64,000 nucleotides of DNA, taken from positions 41,566 through 105,565 of the forward strand of contig CAZIDX010000002.1 of assembly GCA_964538435.1 (NCBI GenBank), written 5' to 3'. Within the stretch, counting starts at the first letter, position 1. Each line of letters opens with the position of its first letter. Origin of the DNA: an uncultured Gammaproteobacteria bacterium (GTDB lineage: Bacteria; Patescibacteriota; Patescibacteriia; UBA9934; GWF2-40-263). The notes below the pieces were generated by a model. That model made no database searches. It was not told the origin of the DNA and saw nothing but the letters and a program-made list of their open reading frames with translations. This document shows positions 28,026-38,035 of this stretch, piece after piece. Position numbers and translations under genes: made by a program.

Positions 28026-29024
28026 ATGCAAACAAATAAAACCCTACTTTTAATAGTAATTCTCCTAGGCCTTACAGTGGCTGGAGCGATTGGTTGGATT
28101 ACCACCCAAGAATACAAAGGAGCCCAGAAACACTCAGACCCCATCAACGAGCTTGTGATCGACACAGAAGACCTTGCAGACGAGCAAGCCGATCCTGTCT
28201 ACTTCATTGCTGTTCACAACGAACCCTACAACTCTGCCGCAGCAAAATCCGAAGTCGAACTTGAAAACGCATTCAACAACCTCGTTAACATGATCGATGC
28301 TGCAGACGAACAAAATATAAAACTAACTCTCATGTTCTCTGCCTCCTGGGCCGACTACATCCTCACAGAGCCAATACGAACCAGAATCTTTGAAAGCTGG
28401 GTTGCTGCCGGTCACGAGATTGCTGGTCATCACCACGGACTCACTCACGGCGCCTGGGATGGCTACTCTGCTCTGCCTGAACTCGAAGCAATTCAAACCA
28501 GAGCCGCTAACAAAGATGGCGCCCCTGAACCTTATCAAGGAACACTCAAGGACTACTCAACCGAGCTGAAGCGCCTCAACCCTGCGTTTAACTCTGGGTG
28601 TATGAATGAAGAAAACAACAAACAAGAAATGCCAGACGATGTCATCTATAGCACCTGCTCAGGTTACTCAAACTACTCAAATGACATTGTGGAAAAAATG
28701 GACCAAGACAGTGTTCTTGTGGGAGACAATCAACTCATTGTCTCTGCCATGATAAATGACCACATGCGCTACTGGATTTCCCACTACAATATCGGTGCTG
28801 CAAACAGAGCCATCGAAGCCATCGCTTACTTCGATCAAATGGAAGCTGGTGCCTTTGGAATGGTCCTTCATAGCACAAACGCAAACCAAAGCGGATTTGA
28901 GGCAGCTCTCAAAACACTCAAACAAGTCGACCCAAACGGCAACCAAAGCCGAACCATGAAACAAATTTTTGAAAGCAACACCTTGCCTACACTGGAAGTA
29001 AGTGAAGAATTCTTCCAAAACTAA
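28026..29024 (+). CDS. Exported polysaccharide-deacetylase-like (NodB/GH57-type barrel) protein
   Basis: N-terminal TM/signal; AVHNEP, KLTLMFS, GHEIAGHHH. Confidence 0.55.
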   Translation: MQTNKTLLLIVILLGLTVAGAIGWITTQEYKGAQKHSDPINELVIDTEDLADEQADPVYFIAVHNEPYNSAAAKSEVELENAFNNLVNMIDAADEQNIKLTLMFSASWADYILTEPIRTRIFESWVAAGHEIAGHHHGLTHGAWDGYSALPELEAIQTRAANKDGAPEPYQGTLKDYSTELKRLNPAFNSGCMNEENNKQEMPDDVIYSTCSGYSNYSNDIVEKMDQDSVLVGDNQLIVSAMINDHMRYWISHYNIGAANRAIEAIAYFDQMEAGAFGMVLHSTNANQSGFEAALKTLKQVDPNGNQSRTMKQIFESNTLPTLEVSEEFFQN

Positions 29025-29073
29025 ACCTTGCAACCAAAACACCCCGGGATATCCGGGGTGTTTTTGATTTCTA

Positions 29074-30696
29074 CTACTTTTTCAAGGCAGCCTTCACAAA
29101 CGCCTTGAAGACAGGATGTGGGTGCAACGGACGTGATTTAAACTCAGGATGAAACTGCACACCAACAAAGAACGGGTGATCCTTGAGCTCAACAATCTCA
29201 ACCAAACCGTTTTGCGGATTCACACCAGAGATCACCATTCCATTTTCCTCAAGCGCCTGCGTGTAAACATTATTAAACTCGTACCGATGTCTGTGCCGCT
29301 CTGAAACAAGATCTTCTCCGTACGCTCGCCTTGCAATTGTTCCTTTCTTGAGCTCGCAATCATACGCACCAAGACGCATGGTCCCACCGTACTGATTCTG
29401 ACGAATATTCTTTAACTGCTTTGGATTCACATGAATAATCGGATCAACTGCCTGCTCATCCACCTCCACGGTATGCGCCCCCTTCTTTCCTAGAACGTTT
29501 CGAGCAAACTCTACGCAGGCAAGCTGCATGCCGTAGCAAATTCCAAAGTACGGAATATTTTTCTCGCGACAATACTTAATCGTTGAGATCACTCCTTCGA
29601 TGCCGCGCGTTCCAAACCCACCAGGAACAAGCACGCCGTCATACTTTGAAAGCGAGCGAAGCTTCTTTTTATCCTCTTCAAACTCCTCTGAATTCACCCA
29701 CACAAGCTCAATCCGAGCCTTGTTGTGCCATGCAGCCGACTTAAGTGCCTCGATCACAGAAATATAAGAATCAGAAAGTGTGTAGTCACCGGTTGAAAAA
29801 TACTTCCCAACCACACCAATCTTTACTTTCTTCTCAGACTTGTCCTGCACATCCGCCATGCGATTCCATGCCTTCAAATCCGACTTCTTTTTCCGCTCAC
29901 CAAACTTCTTCAAAATCATGTCCGACAACCCTTGCTTTTCAAACATCTGAGGAATGTGATAGATCGTCTTCACATCTGGTGCTGAAATCACGTCCCCTGG
30001 CTTCACATTACAAAAGATTGAAAGCTTGTCCCGCCTAGGCTTATCCATATACTGCTCACCTCGACAGATTATAAAATCCGGATGAATACCAACACTATTA
30101 AGTGTTCGCGTAGCCTGCTGCGTAGGCTTTGTCTTCATCTCTCCCAAGTGACTTGGAATTGGCAAGTAGCTCACCATCACAAACATCACACTCTCTGGAT
30201 CCTCAAGATGCATCATGCGCGCCGCCTCCAGGAAAAGGATGTTCTCATACTCCCCAACAGTTCCACCCACTTCAATCATGGTGAAATCTGCCTTGGCATT
30301 TTTTGCAGCCTTCTTAATCCGACTAATCACCTCAAGCGGGATATGTGGCACCACCTGCACACACTTCCCCTTGTACCCAAGGTTTCTCTCCCTCTCAATC
30401 ACGCTCTGATACACACGACCTGTGGTCATGTAGTTCATGCTTGTTAAATCTGTTTCCAAAAATCGCTCATAGTTCCCCATATCCTGATCCGTCTCATCAC
30501 CGTCATCAGTTACAAAAACTTCACCGTGCTCAACAGGGTTCATAGTTCCAGCATCCACATTCACATACGGATCAACTTTAATGGCAGTCACACTGTACCC
30601 ACGAGACTGTAGTATCTTTCCTATGGACGCAGTGGTGACCCCTTTTCCCACACCGGACATCACTCCACCCACAACGAAAATATATTTGTGTTTCAT
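29074..30696 (-). CDS. pyrG: CTP synthase
   Basis: KYIFVVGGVMSGVGKG, DPYVNVDAGTMNP, KTKPTQ, VPGGFG, GICYGMQ, ERHRHRYE, QFHPEF. Confidence 0.98.
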   Translation of the reverse strand: MKHKYIFVVGGVMSGVGKGVTTASIGKILQSRGYSVTAIKVDPYVNVDAGTMNPVEHGEVFVTDDGDETDQDMGNYERFLETDLTSMNYMTTGRVYQSVIERERNLGYKGKCVQVVPHIPLEVISRIKKAAKNAKADFTMIEVGGTVGEYENILFLEAARMMHLEDPESVMFVMVSYLPIPSHLGEMKTKPTQQATRTLNSVGIHPDFIICRGEQYMDKPRRDKLSIFCNVKPGDVISAPDVKTIYHIPQMFEKQGLSDMILKKFGERKKKSDLKAWNRMADVQDKSEKKVKIGVVGKYFSTGDYTLSDSYISVIEALKSAAWHNKARIELVWVNSEEFEEDKKKLRSLSKYDGVLVPGGFGTRGIEGVISTIKYCREKNIPYFGICYGMQLACVEFARNVLGKKGAHTVEVDEQAVDPIIHVNPKQLKNIRQNQYGGTMRLGAYDCELKKGTIARRAYGEDLVSERHRHRYEFNNVYTQALEENGMVISGVNPQNGLVEIVELKDHPFFVGVQFHPEFKSRPLHPHPVFKAFVKAALKK

Positions 30697-30702
30697 AAAC
30701 AA

Positions 30703-30763
30703 AGCGTTTAGCGGGTAGCGTATAGCGGGTAGTCTAATCGCTACTCGCTCCACGCTAATCGCT
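30703..30763. repeat. 61-bp heptamer-repeat hairpin (copy 3)
   Basis: agcgttt agcgggt agcgtat agcgggt, loop, CGCT heptamers upstream of pyrG. Confidence 0.85.
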
Positions 30764-30793
30764 CTAAATTAAAAACGGGCCATGCCCGCTTTA

Positions 30794-31237
30794 TTATTTT
30801 TCTTCGATGCTAACGCTGACCTCTGCTTCGAAGCCGTGATTGAGCTCAATCATGACAGTGTGCGTCCCAAGTTCTTTTATGGGATCAGCAATCTTGATCA
30901 TATCGGGTTTCACCTTGTGACCGAGTTCTTTTAGCGCTTTTGCAATGGTCTTGGATGTAACAGCGGCGTAGAGAACCCCGCCCTCATTCACTTTTTCCTT
31001 TATGACGATCTCTTGGCCATCCAGCTCTTTTGCTAACTGCCCAGCCACAGACACGTCTTTATTCACCTGGCGTTGCTTTGACTCCTCCTGTTCCTTGCGC
31101 TTCTGCAGAGCCTCTGGAGTAGCCTGGACTGCCAAGTTTTGTAGAAAAAGAAAATTCCGAGCGTGTCCATCAGACACCTCTACTACATCCCCCTCCTGAC
31201 CTAGCGACTTTACGTCGCGGATGAGGATAACTTTCAT
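30794..31237 (-). CDS. rplI: 50S ribosomal protein L9
   Basis: MKVILIRDVKSLGQEGDVVEVSDGHARNFL. Confidence 0.97.
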   Translation of the reverse strand: MKVILIRDVKSLGQEGDVVEVSDGHARNFLFLQNLAVQATPEALQKRKEQEESKQRQVNKDVSVAGQLAKELDGQEIVIKEKVNEGGVLYAAVTSKTIAKALKELGHKVKPDMIKIADPIKELGTHTVMIELNHGFEAEVSVSIEEK

Positions 31238-31333
31238 AAGCTTAGCTCAATTATACCAGATTGCACCTGCCCAGACAAAACATTGTTCACCTGATCGAAA
31301 CTAAGTATACTCAATGCATAACCAAACATACTT

Positions 31334-32524
31334 ATGCCTCCTGAAACAACTCACAGACAGCACGAAAAACCACTAAAGGAGCGGGTTGAAAAGCCGCAAC
31401 ACAACGCAGCCTCAGATCAATACGACACAGCAGGCCGCCCACTGCTCCCACATGAACTTGATTCTACATCCAGGCAAGAAGTTGAGGAGGCTCTTGAAGC
31501 ACCACAAGCAGAACTTGCCAATGAACTGGTTACAACAAAAATCGAAATCACAGGAGACATCAACGGAGAATGGGATCGAGTTATTGACGAGCTTGTAAAA
31601 AGAGCTGAAAAAGCTAACGCTCTTGAGAAAAATTCAAACAACGAACGAGTTGCAAGAAAACAAATCCGCCAGCTAAGACTCGAATTAGAAGCGGTGGCCA
31701 AGATTAAAGCCAGGCATGAGATACTCACCCAGATCTCAGATGGTCGTGAACCAAGCGTCATCCTCGAACAAGTCACACAAAGCCGAAAGCTCCACGCAGA
31801 CCGACTAGGAACAAACACAGACACACGAGCACGCATCGAAGGTGCCGCCATGTTAATCTTGAGAAAAACCGAGCAACGCATCGCAAAAGACATTGCAACG
31901 AATCCAGACAAACTCTCAGAGCTCCAAAAAGAAAACAAAGAACTCTTTGACAATGTCCTCAGACACTCCGGAGCAGAAGGCGGAACACATGAAGTATCGT
32001 TCACCCCTTCAAAAAAGACCTCACTTGCAGAACAAAAGGTGATCGATTTTGATAAACGAATTACAAACGTTGAAAAGCACATTCAAAAACTTTCCTGGTT
32101 CGCACGCAAATTTTCAAAAGAAGGAAAAGTTCTTCGCGCTCGACTAGACGAGATGAAGACAGAACGCAGGTCACTTGCCTTTGCAGCAGCAACAGAACTC
32201 ATTGGAAAAGCATTATCTACAAAAGAAGCAAAACAAGCACTATCAATGGAAGAACTCTCTGAAAGCAACATGGAGTCCGTTGAAACCACCTGGGAAGAAT
32301 ACCAAGCAGAGCTGGCCTCCATGCACTCACTCCAAGAAAAACGAGCTGCCCTCAGCCGTCTCCCATGGAAAGATCGCGCAGAAAAGAAAAAACTAGACAT
32401 GCTCATGCTTGTAAAAGACGAACGCATCAAAGCCCTAAAAGCAGCCCACGCAGCTGAAATCCGAGAAAAAAACCTCGCACGAGAACGCGAACTCCAAGAA
32501 TACATAAACAAATCTAATCAATAG
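31334..32524 (+). CDS. Hypothetical coiled-coil protein
   Basis: 396-aa charged helical ORF; TATACT box shortly upstream. Confidence 0.75.
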   Translation: MPPETTHRQHEKPLKERVEKPQHNAASDQYDTAGRPLLPHELDSTSRQEVEEALEAPQAELANELVTTKIEITGDINGEWDRVIDELVKRAEKANALEKNSNNERVARKQIRQLRLELEAVAKIKARHEILTQISDGREPSVILEQVTQSRKLHADRLGTNTDTRARIEGAAMLILRKTEQRIAKDIATNPDKLSELQKENKELFDNVLRHSGAEGGTHEVSFTPSKKTSLAEQKVIDFDKRITNVEKHIQKLSWFARKFSKEGKVLRARLDEMKTERRSLAFAAATELIGKALSTKEAKQALSMEELSESNMESVETTWEEYQAELASMHSLQEKRAALSRLPWKDRAEKKKLDMLMLVKDERIKALKAAHAAEIREKNLARERELQEYINKSNQ

Positions 32525-32529
32525 TACAT

Positions 32530-33261
32530 ATGGGAATCTTTGATCGATTTCGAGGAGGGGTACCACCACAGGACACACAACCAAAACCTGACACAGAGCT
32601 CAACCCAAATCTACTGGGAGAAATCACAACTGTTGATCATGTAGACAACAGCACAGAAGAACGAGCTGTACTGAAAGAAGGCGTAACGCTTGGATCAGCT
32701 GATCTAGAGCAACATCGTCGTGAATGGGCAAGAAACGAAAAAGAACTAGACCAACTCCTTCACACTGCAGAAGTTTCTAGATCGTTTCAAAATGAAGACG
32801 GATCAGAATATGCAAGAAGAGATTACAAATACACACAAACCCCAGACGGAAGACTGCATTCAACAGAGTGTAGATACACAGCCACCCCAGAACATGCTGA
32901 AGGAAGCAGCAAGGTGACCTCAATTGTTGAAGAAAGGCAAATTGATGCAAATGGGCGCGTGACAGAATACGCAAGAACAGAAATTGGCCTTAACAATGTT
33001 TCAACGCGGAGGACTGAGCAACTCACTTACGATGAAGACGGAGATGTGACAAAACGAGAATACACTAGAGAAGAAGATGGTGAGGTGGTATACAAGACAG
33101 AAACTCAAATCGACCCAGACAATGATAAAGGTACTGTATTCAAGGTGCTCCTCAATACCCGAGAAGGAGTGCAACCAGGATACACTGACAAAAACGATGC
33201 AAATGCCGACAAATTCAAAAATACTTTTCACTCAGCAATGATCTCACTTCTTGAAGCCTAA
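32530..33261 (+). CDS. Hypothetical protein with YD-like beta-strand segments
   Basis: 243 aa; DANGRVTE and YDEDGDVT segments. Confidence 0.7.
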   Translation: MGIFDRFRGGVPPQDTQPKPDTELNPNLLGEITTVDHVDNSTEERAVLKEGVTLGSADLEQHRREWARNEKELDQLLHTAEVSRSFQNEDGSEYARRDYKYTQTPDGRLHSTECRYTATPEHAEGSSKVTSIVEERQIDANGRVTEYARTEIGLNNVSTRRTEQLTYDEDGDVTKREYTREEDGEVVYKTETQIDPDNDKGTVFKVLLNTREGVQPGYTDKNDANADKFKNTFHSAMISLLEA

Positions 33262-33361
33262 ACAAAAAAACAGCCTGAAATACGGCTGTTTTTTGATTGT
33301 AAGCATTGACAAGAAGAGTTTGCAGATGTATAAAACCCTCTGGCATGAAGGAGGATTCACC

Positions 33362-33889
33362 ATGTTCAGAGAAATGATCTTGGCCCTGGCAGTCGCAATC
33401 ATCTGCACGTTCGGACTGCCACCCGCTCACGCCCAGGACAAGCCCCTCACCACTGAGGAGCAGACCTGGCTCGAACAGCTCGCCCAGGACCCCGCCCGTG
33501 TCCGCGCACTCATCCAGGCCGAGCGCAACGCTCAGCTCATGGAGCACTGGGACACCGTCACCGCTGTCGGCGTCAACTACCTGACGTTCTGCTACAAGAT
33601 GAACGGTCGCGATCCCGGCCCCGAGATCACTCGCGCCAACGTGGGCGAATCAGTTGTGATCTCCTGGGGTCTCGAGATGCCGCGCAAGATGCCCGTCCCC
33701 TTCGATGTGCAGATCGTGTGGAAGCACAACGGCGTGATCGACCGGCTCGACACCAGCTCGATCGACGCCCCGTCGTACAACTACCGCCTCTGGGACCGCC
33801 AGACCCTGCGCAAGACTGGCACCTGGACCGCCGCGGTCGTCTACAACGGCAACGAACTCGCAACCACCACGCTGGTGGTCAGCGAGTAG
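33362..33889 (+). CDS. Secreted protein with DUF2914-like C-terminal beta domain (GC-rich unit)
   Basis: Signal peptide ending AHA-Q; WKHNG...YRLWD...GTWTAAV; TTGACA-17-TATAAA, AAGGAGG RBS, terminator. Confidence 0.8.
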   Translation: MFREMILALAVAIICTFGLPPAHAQDKPLTTEEQTWLEQLAQDPARVRALIQAERNAQLMEHWDTVTAVGVNYLTFCYKMNGRDPGPEITRANVGESVVISWGLEMPRKMPVPFDVQIVWKHNGVIDRLDTSSIDAPSYNYRLWDRQTLRKTGTWTAAVVYNGNELATTTLVVSE

Positions 33890-33939
33890 CTCTCCAACCT
33901 CGTCCTCGGACGGGGTTTTCAAATACAAACAGGAGTGAA

Positions 33940-34029
33940 ACTGTAACGTGAAATAAAAAAACAAGGTGGTGGTCGTCTATATCGCGAGACGGCCCGGCTC
34001 CGCCTTGTTTTTTTATTTCACGTTACAGT
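33940..34029. repeat. Long inverted repeat between convergent genes
   Basis: actgtaacgtgaaataaaaaaacaagg ... ccttgtttttttatttcacgttacagt with an inner GC hairpin. Confidence 0.9.
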
Positions 34030-34041
34030 GAACGATCTTAA

Positions 34042-36489
34042 TCAAACCCCAACTTGCTTCCCTCGATCCAACTTAACCCTCTGAATCTCCATCCCCTCAC
34101 CCTCCTCTGGATTCTCAAGCGCATCAATAAACGCAGATCGATGCGAAATAATAACAAATGTTGTATTCGGTCGCTTCTTTTTCTCCGCTAGCATAATCCG
34201 CGCCACCTCTGCCTCAGTCTCCTCATCAAGTTCCTCTGTTGCTTGATCCAAAAACACAATCCCCCCATTCTCCTGCGAACGAATCTTAAGAAGCACACGA
34301 GCAAGCCCAAGCCGAGCTTTCTCACCACCAGACAATCCTTTTATGCTACCCCTTAGATCCAACACACCATCCTGAGTAAACCGCTCAGCAAGTCCAAGCT
34401 CACTCAAAATCTGAATCATGTCCGCATCCTGCGCATCATTTGTTCCAAATGAAATGTTATCTCGAAGATTCCCACTGTCAAAAATGTATGGATGCTGCGA
34501 TAAATACGCAACATGAGAATAAAGAGAATCTTCACCCGTTCGCTTGATATTCCCAATATCCTGACCACCAATCTTAACCTCACCTTCAGTCGGAGAATAA
34601 TAGCCTGACATGAGCCGCGAAAGTGTTGTCTTCCCATGACCACTTCGCCCCTCCAATCGAATCACTCCCCCAGCCGGAACTTTAAACTCAACACCTTCAA
34701 TAATCTTGTTCCCATCGATCTCAAGTCCAACACCTGAAAGCTCAAGAGCAAAATCTTCAAGTTCAGACGCTCCCACACGTTTCTGATCAGCCTCCACCTC
34801 TGCTCGCGCATATCCATTAAATACCTCCTCCATTTCCACAATAGCTTCCACTGATTTAATCAGATCATTATTAACTCTTAAAATCTCACCAAACCCTCTG
34901 CTAAAGTGCTGAGAATAAATAATCGCCGCAACAACATCGCCAGCATTTCCCATCCCCATCTCTCGAAGAACAGCACCAGTGCCAACAAGCCCCGCAATTA
35001 CACTACTATTTAACACATAACCATGCTGAAACTCCATGTCAGCCCGAGCATGAGTGCGCTCATGTCCGATCTCATTCCAATTCTTACCAATCTCCTCAAC
35101 CCTCTGAGCTATTTTTTCTTGCATGCCACCAAGAACAATATCCTGATGAGCATCTACCTGCTCTCCAATCTCTTGTGCCAGTGCATCTTCATTCTCGTAC
35201 GACTCCATAATGATCGGGTGAAGGCGTTTATCTGCCTTCCGTGCAATTGAAATTGCAATTGGCGCAGAAGCAAGCGAAATAAGACCCAACCTCCAATCCA
35301 TTGCCATCATCGCAGTGAACCCAACACTGGCGGTAGCAACCGCAGGTAAATGAACGCGCGCAACTGAAAACAAAATATCTTTAAATGCGCTTTGAGACCG
35401 ACGCATGGACGAAATAATCCTACCTCTTTCTTCCCCTCCCATTCTCTCACCCGGCTGAAACACTAAATCCTGAGAAAGCCGCTCATACAATCCATCTTGA
35501 TGTTCAGTAATCTCATTCATGAGCTGGTTAAACCCAATATCTAGCCTCCTCTTGATTCCACCAGAAGCCAAATTGATTCCAAGATACCCAAGCGCAAATG
35601 TCGCGGCCATCATTCCACCCACCTCATCATTAAGAGCCTTCCCCAAAAGAGCAGGGCCGACCCCCTCAACCGCACCGACCCCAGTCATAGCAACCGCAAA
35701 CTTCACATACTGACTCTTATCCCCATCACTCAAATATTCATTCCACACCTCTTTCATCACCCGAAGACGCTGTGTTTCCTGTGGCTTACCCTCTGGATCA
35801 AACTCCGGAATCTCATCACCTGCCTGCGCAAGCAAAACAAGATTCTTAACCTGTTCCTTTGAAAAACCAAACTTAGAGTACGCGCGAATCATCTCACGCT
35901 CAATGTATGGCTGTTGCTCTGCATCTGGCTTGGTTGATGCGCGTTTTTGAAGCTTCTCAAGGGTTACCTGAAACTGCCCCACGTTTTCAAACTCCGTAAT
36001 CTGCTCCGCCCAACGCTGCATGTTGAAAATCATGTCCTGATCATCCTGACCGAGCTCACGCTCATGTTCTTCACTCTTTGCATCCACCCACCAAAGCACC
36101 TGCCCCTTCTCAGGAACAGACTCAATACCTGTATCTTGCACGTCCTCCCTGAACGTTAAAACCTTTGCAGCAACACGCTCCATCTGCTCATACACAGCAT
36201 CATCTGGCTCATCCATGAAATGTTTCTCACCAACCTGAGCCTCAATCGTACGAATCACATAATTCATCTCCGCCTGCAGCTGTGGAGGCACCTCTGGAAT
36301 CCCAAACTGCTCTCGAAGTGCAGCCTCAACACTCTCTCTTGCATCGTCTAAAGATTCCTGTAAGGTTTCAGGAAGAACTTCTCGAAGGTCATCAAAACCA
36401 CGATCGTGATATTGCTCACGAACGTGCTCATCAAGTTTCTTTGGCTTCATGGCCAATTCCTGTGGTGAAGGTCGGTAGAGTTCCCCCAT
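34042..36489 (-). CDS. ABC exporter-like protein (TMD+NBD) with long N-terminal extension
   Basis: GRSGHGKTT, LSQHP Q-loop, LSGGEKAR, VFLDQATEELD, ISHR. Confidence 0.85.
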   Translation of the reverse strand: MGELYRPSPQELAMKPKKLDEHVREQYHDRGFDDLREVLPETLQESLDDARESVEAALREQFGIPEVPPQLQAEMNYVIRTIEAQVGEKHFMDEPDDAVYEQMERVAAKVLTFREDVQDTGIESVPEKGQVLWWVDAKSEEHERELGQDDQDMIFNMQRWAEQITEFENVGQFQVTLEKLQKRASTKPDAEQQPYIEREMIRAYSKFGFSKEQVKNLVLLAQAGDEIPEFDPEGKPQETQRLRVMKEVWNEYLSDGDKSQYVKFAVAMTGVGAVEGVGPALLGKALNDEVGGMMAATFALGYLGINLASGGIKRRLDIGFNQLMNEITEHQDGLYERLSQDLVFQPGERMGGEERGRIISSMRRSQSAFKDILFSVARVHLPAVATASVGFTAMMAMDWRLGLISLASAPIAISIARKADKRLHPIIMESYENEDALAQEIGEQVDAHQDIVLGGMQEKIAQRVEEIGKNWNEIGHERTHARADMEFQHGYVLNSSVIAGLVGTGAVLREMGMGNAGDVVAAIIYSQHFSRGFGEILRVNNDLIKSVEAIVEMEEVFNGYARAEVEADQKRVGASELEDFALELSGVGLEIDGNKIIEGVEFKVPAGGVIRLEGRSGHGKTTLSRLMSGYYSPTEGEVKIGGQDIGNIKRTGEDSLYSHVAYLSQHPYIFDSGNLRDNISFGTNDAQDADMIQILSELGLAERFTQDGVLDLRGSIKGLSGGEKARLGLARVLLKIRSQENGGIVFLDQATEELDEETEAEVARIMLAEKKKRPNTTFVIISHRSAFIDALENPEEGEGMEIQRVKLDRGKQVGV

Positions 36490-36549
36490 AACTATTGGTT
36501 TCTGTTATTATACCATCATAGCGTCAACTTGCAACGCACGAGAATGCAT

Positions 36550-37863
36550 ATGCAATTCAACTACAACCACTCGGGAATCAAACCAGAACACATTGCCCCA
36601 CTCAAAGATCAGCTTGAGCCGTATCGCATCACGCTTCAAAAAAATGCAAAAGCAAGTGGGTACGAAGAATTTGAATCTTTGCTTCAGCTCCCATCTGATG
36701 ATGAGCTTCTCACAGCAGTAAAAGCTGTTGCACAAGCCATCAAAACACCCACCCTACAATATATTGTAGTTAATGGAATTGGTGGATCCAATCTGGGAAC
36801 AAGAGCTGTTTACGAAGCCATTGCTGGTTCCATGCATCATTTGGTTGATCGTCTCCCAAAACTCCTTTTTCTAGACACCGTCTCAGACGAACGCATGACA
36901 GCCGTATGCTCACGATTGCTGCGCATGTCAGAATCCGATGACTTTGCTGTAATCTCAATCAGCAAATCAGGTGGAACTGTTGAAACTGTTGCAAACACAG
37001 AAGCTCTCATGCTTCATCTCAAAGAACACTTCCACGATGTCCGCCACCGCTTCGCAGTCATTACACAAGAAGGATCAAAAATGTGGCATGTTGCCGGTGA
37101 AAACAAATTCCACCGCATCTCCATGCCGAGCACAATTGTTGGACGCTTCAGTGTGTTCTCTGCTGTTGGCCTGCTCCCTCTTTATCTTGCTAACATTGAC
37201 GTTGAAGAGCTTCGAGCAGGTGCACAACAAGCCATCAAGGATGGTGTGTCAGAAGACCTTGAGCAAAACCACGCCATGACAAATGCGATCCTGACATACC
37301 TGCACAACAAGGAGGGTCGCAACATGCACAACTCGTTCGTTTTTTCACCAAAGCTTGAATCGCTTGGAAAATGGTATCGCCAACTCATGGGTGAAAGTGT
37401 TGGAAAAGAAAAAGACATGGATGGCAATGTGATCAACGCCGGCATCACACCGATTGTATCCGTTGGCTCAACAGACCTGCACTCTCTAGCACAGCTCTAC
37501 TACGGCGGACCTGATGACAAATTCACAAACCTCATCTTCTCTTTTAAAGGCGATATCCACCATGTCCCAAACAACCTCACACTCCCAGGCCTCGTAAAGG
37601 ACCTGGCAGGTAAATCTCTTGAGGATCTCATGCACGCAATCGTTGACGGCGTCATCCCAGCATACATCGAAAAGAAACGACCCTTTGTCACCATAGACAT
37701 GGAAGGAATCACAACCCGAGAACTCGGATACTTCCTGCAATTCCGCATGATCGAAGTCATGTACCTAGCAAAACTCTTCAACGTAAACGCATTTGACCAA
37801 CCAGCCGTAGAACTCTACAAATCAGGAATGAGAGAGTCCATGCAAAAAAGAAGGTTGAAATAA
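36550..37863 (+). CDS. pgi: Glucose-6-phosphate isomerase
   Basis: GIGGSNLG, SKSGGTVET, GRFSV, QLMGESVGK, DLHS, AFDQPAVELYK. Confidence 0.95.
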   Translation: MQFNYNHSGIKPEHIAPLKDQLEPYRITLQKNAKASGYEEFESLLQLPSDDELLTAVKAVAQAIKTPTLQYIVVNGIGGSNLGTRAVYEAIAGSMHHLVDRLPKLLFLDTVSDERMTAVCSRLLRMSESDDFAVISISKSGGTVETVANTEALMLHLKEHFHDVRHRFAVITQEGSKMWHVAGENKFHRISMPSTIVGRFSVFSAVGLLPLYLANIDVEELRAGAQQAIKDGVSEDLEQNHAMTNAILTYLHNKEGRNMHNSFVFSPKLESLGKWYRQLMGESVGKEKDMDGNVINAGITPIVSVGSTDLHSLAQLYYGGPDDKFTNLIFSFKGDIHHVPNNLTLPGLVKDLAGKSLEDLMHAIVDGVIPAYIEKKRPFVTIDMEGITTRELGYFLQFRMIEVMYLAKLFNVNAFDQPAVELYKSGMRESMQKRRLK

Positions 37864-37929
37864 CGCACCAACCAAAAATGAGAAGGCTCGATGCCTTCTC
37901 ATTTTTAAATTCCACCACCCCACCATAGA

Positions 37930-38028
37930 CCCAGGACGCCAAACGGCCGTTCGAGGTAGTAGTTGAAAAGCATTTACAGCGAGTTTTTCAACTACTACCT
38001 CGTGGCCGCCCTAAGCCCCCACAGCAAG
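37930..38028. repeat. 99-bp dispersed hairpin element (copy 2)
   Basis: Near-identical to 17978-18076 with compensatory changes. Confidence 0.9.
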
Positions 38029-38035
38029 CTTCGAG

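Noticed and set aside
14194-30763. CRISPR array interpretation of the heptamer or 99-bp repeats
   Set aside because: No regularly spaced repeat-spacer array and no cas genes in the window
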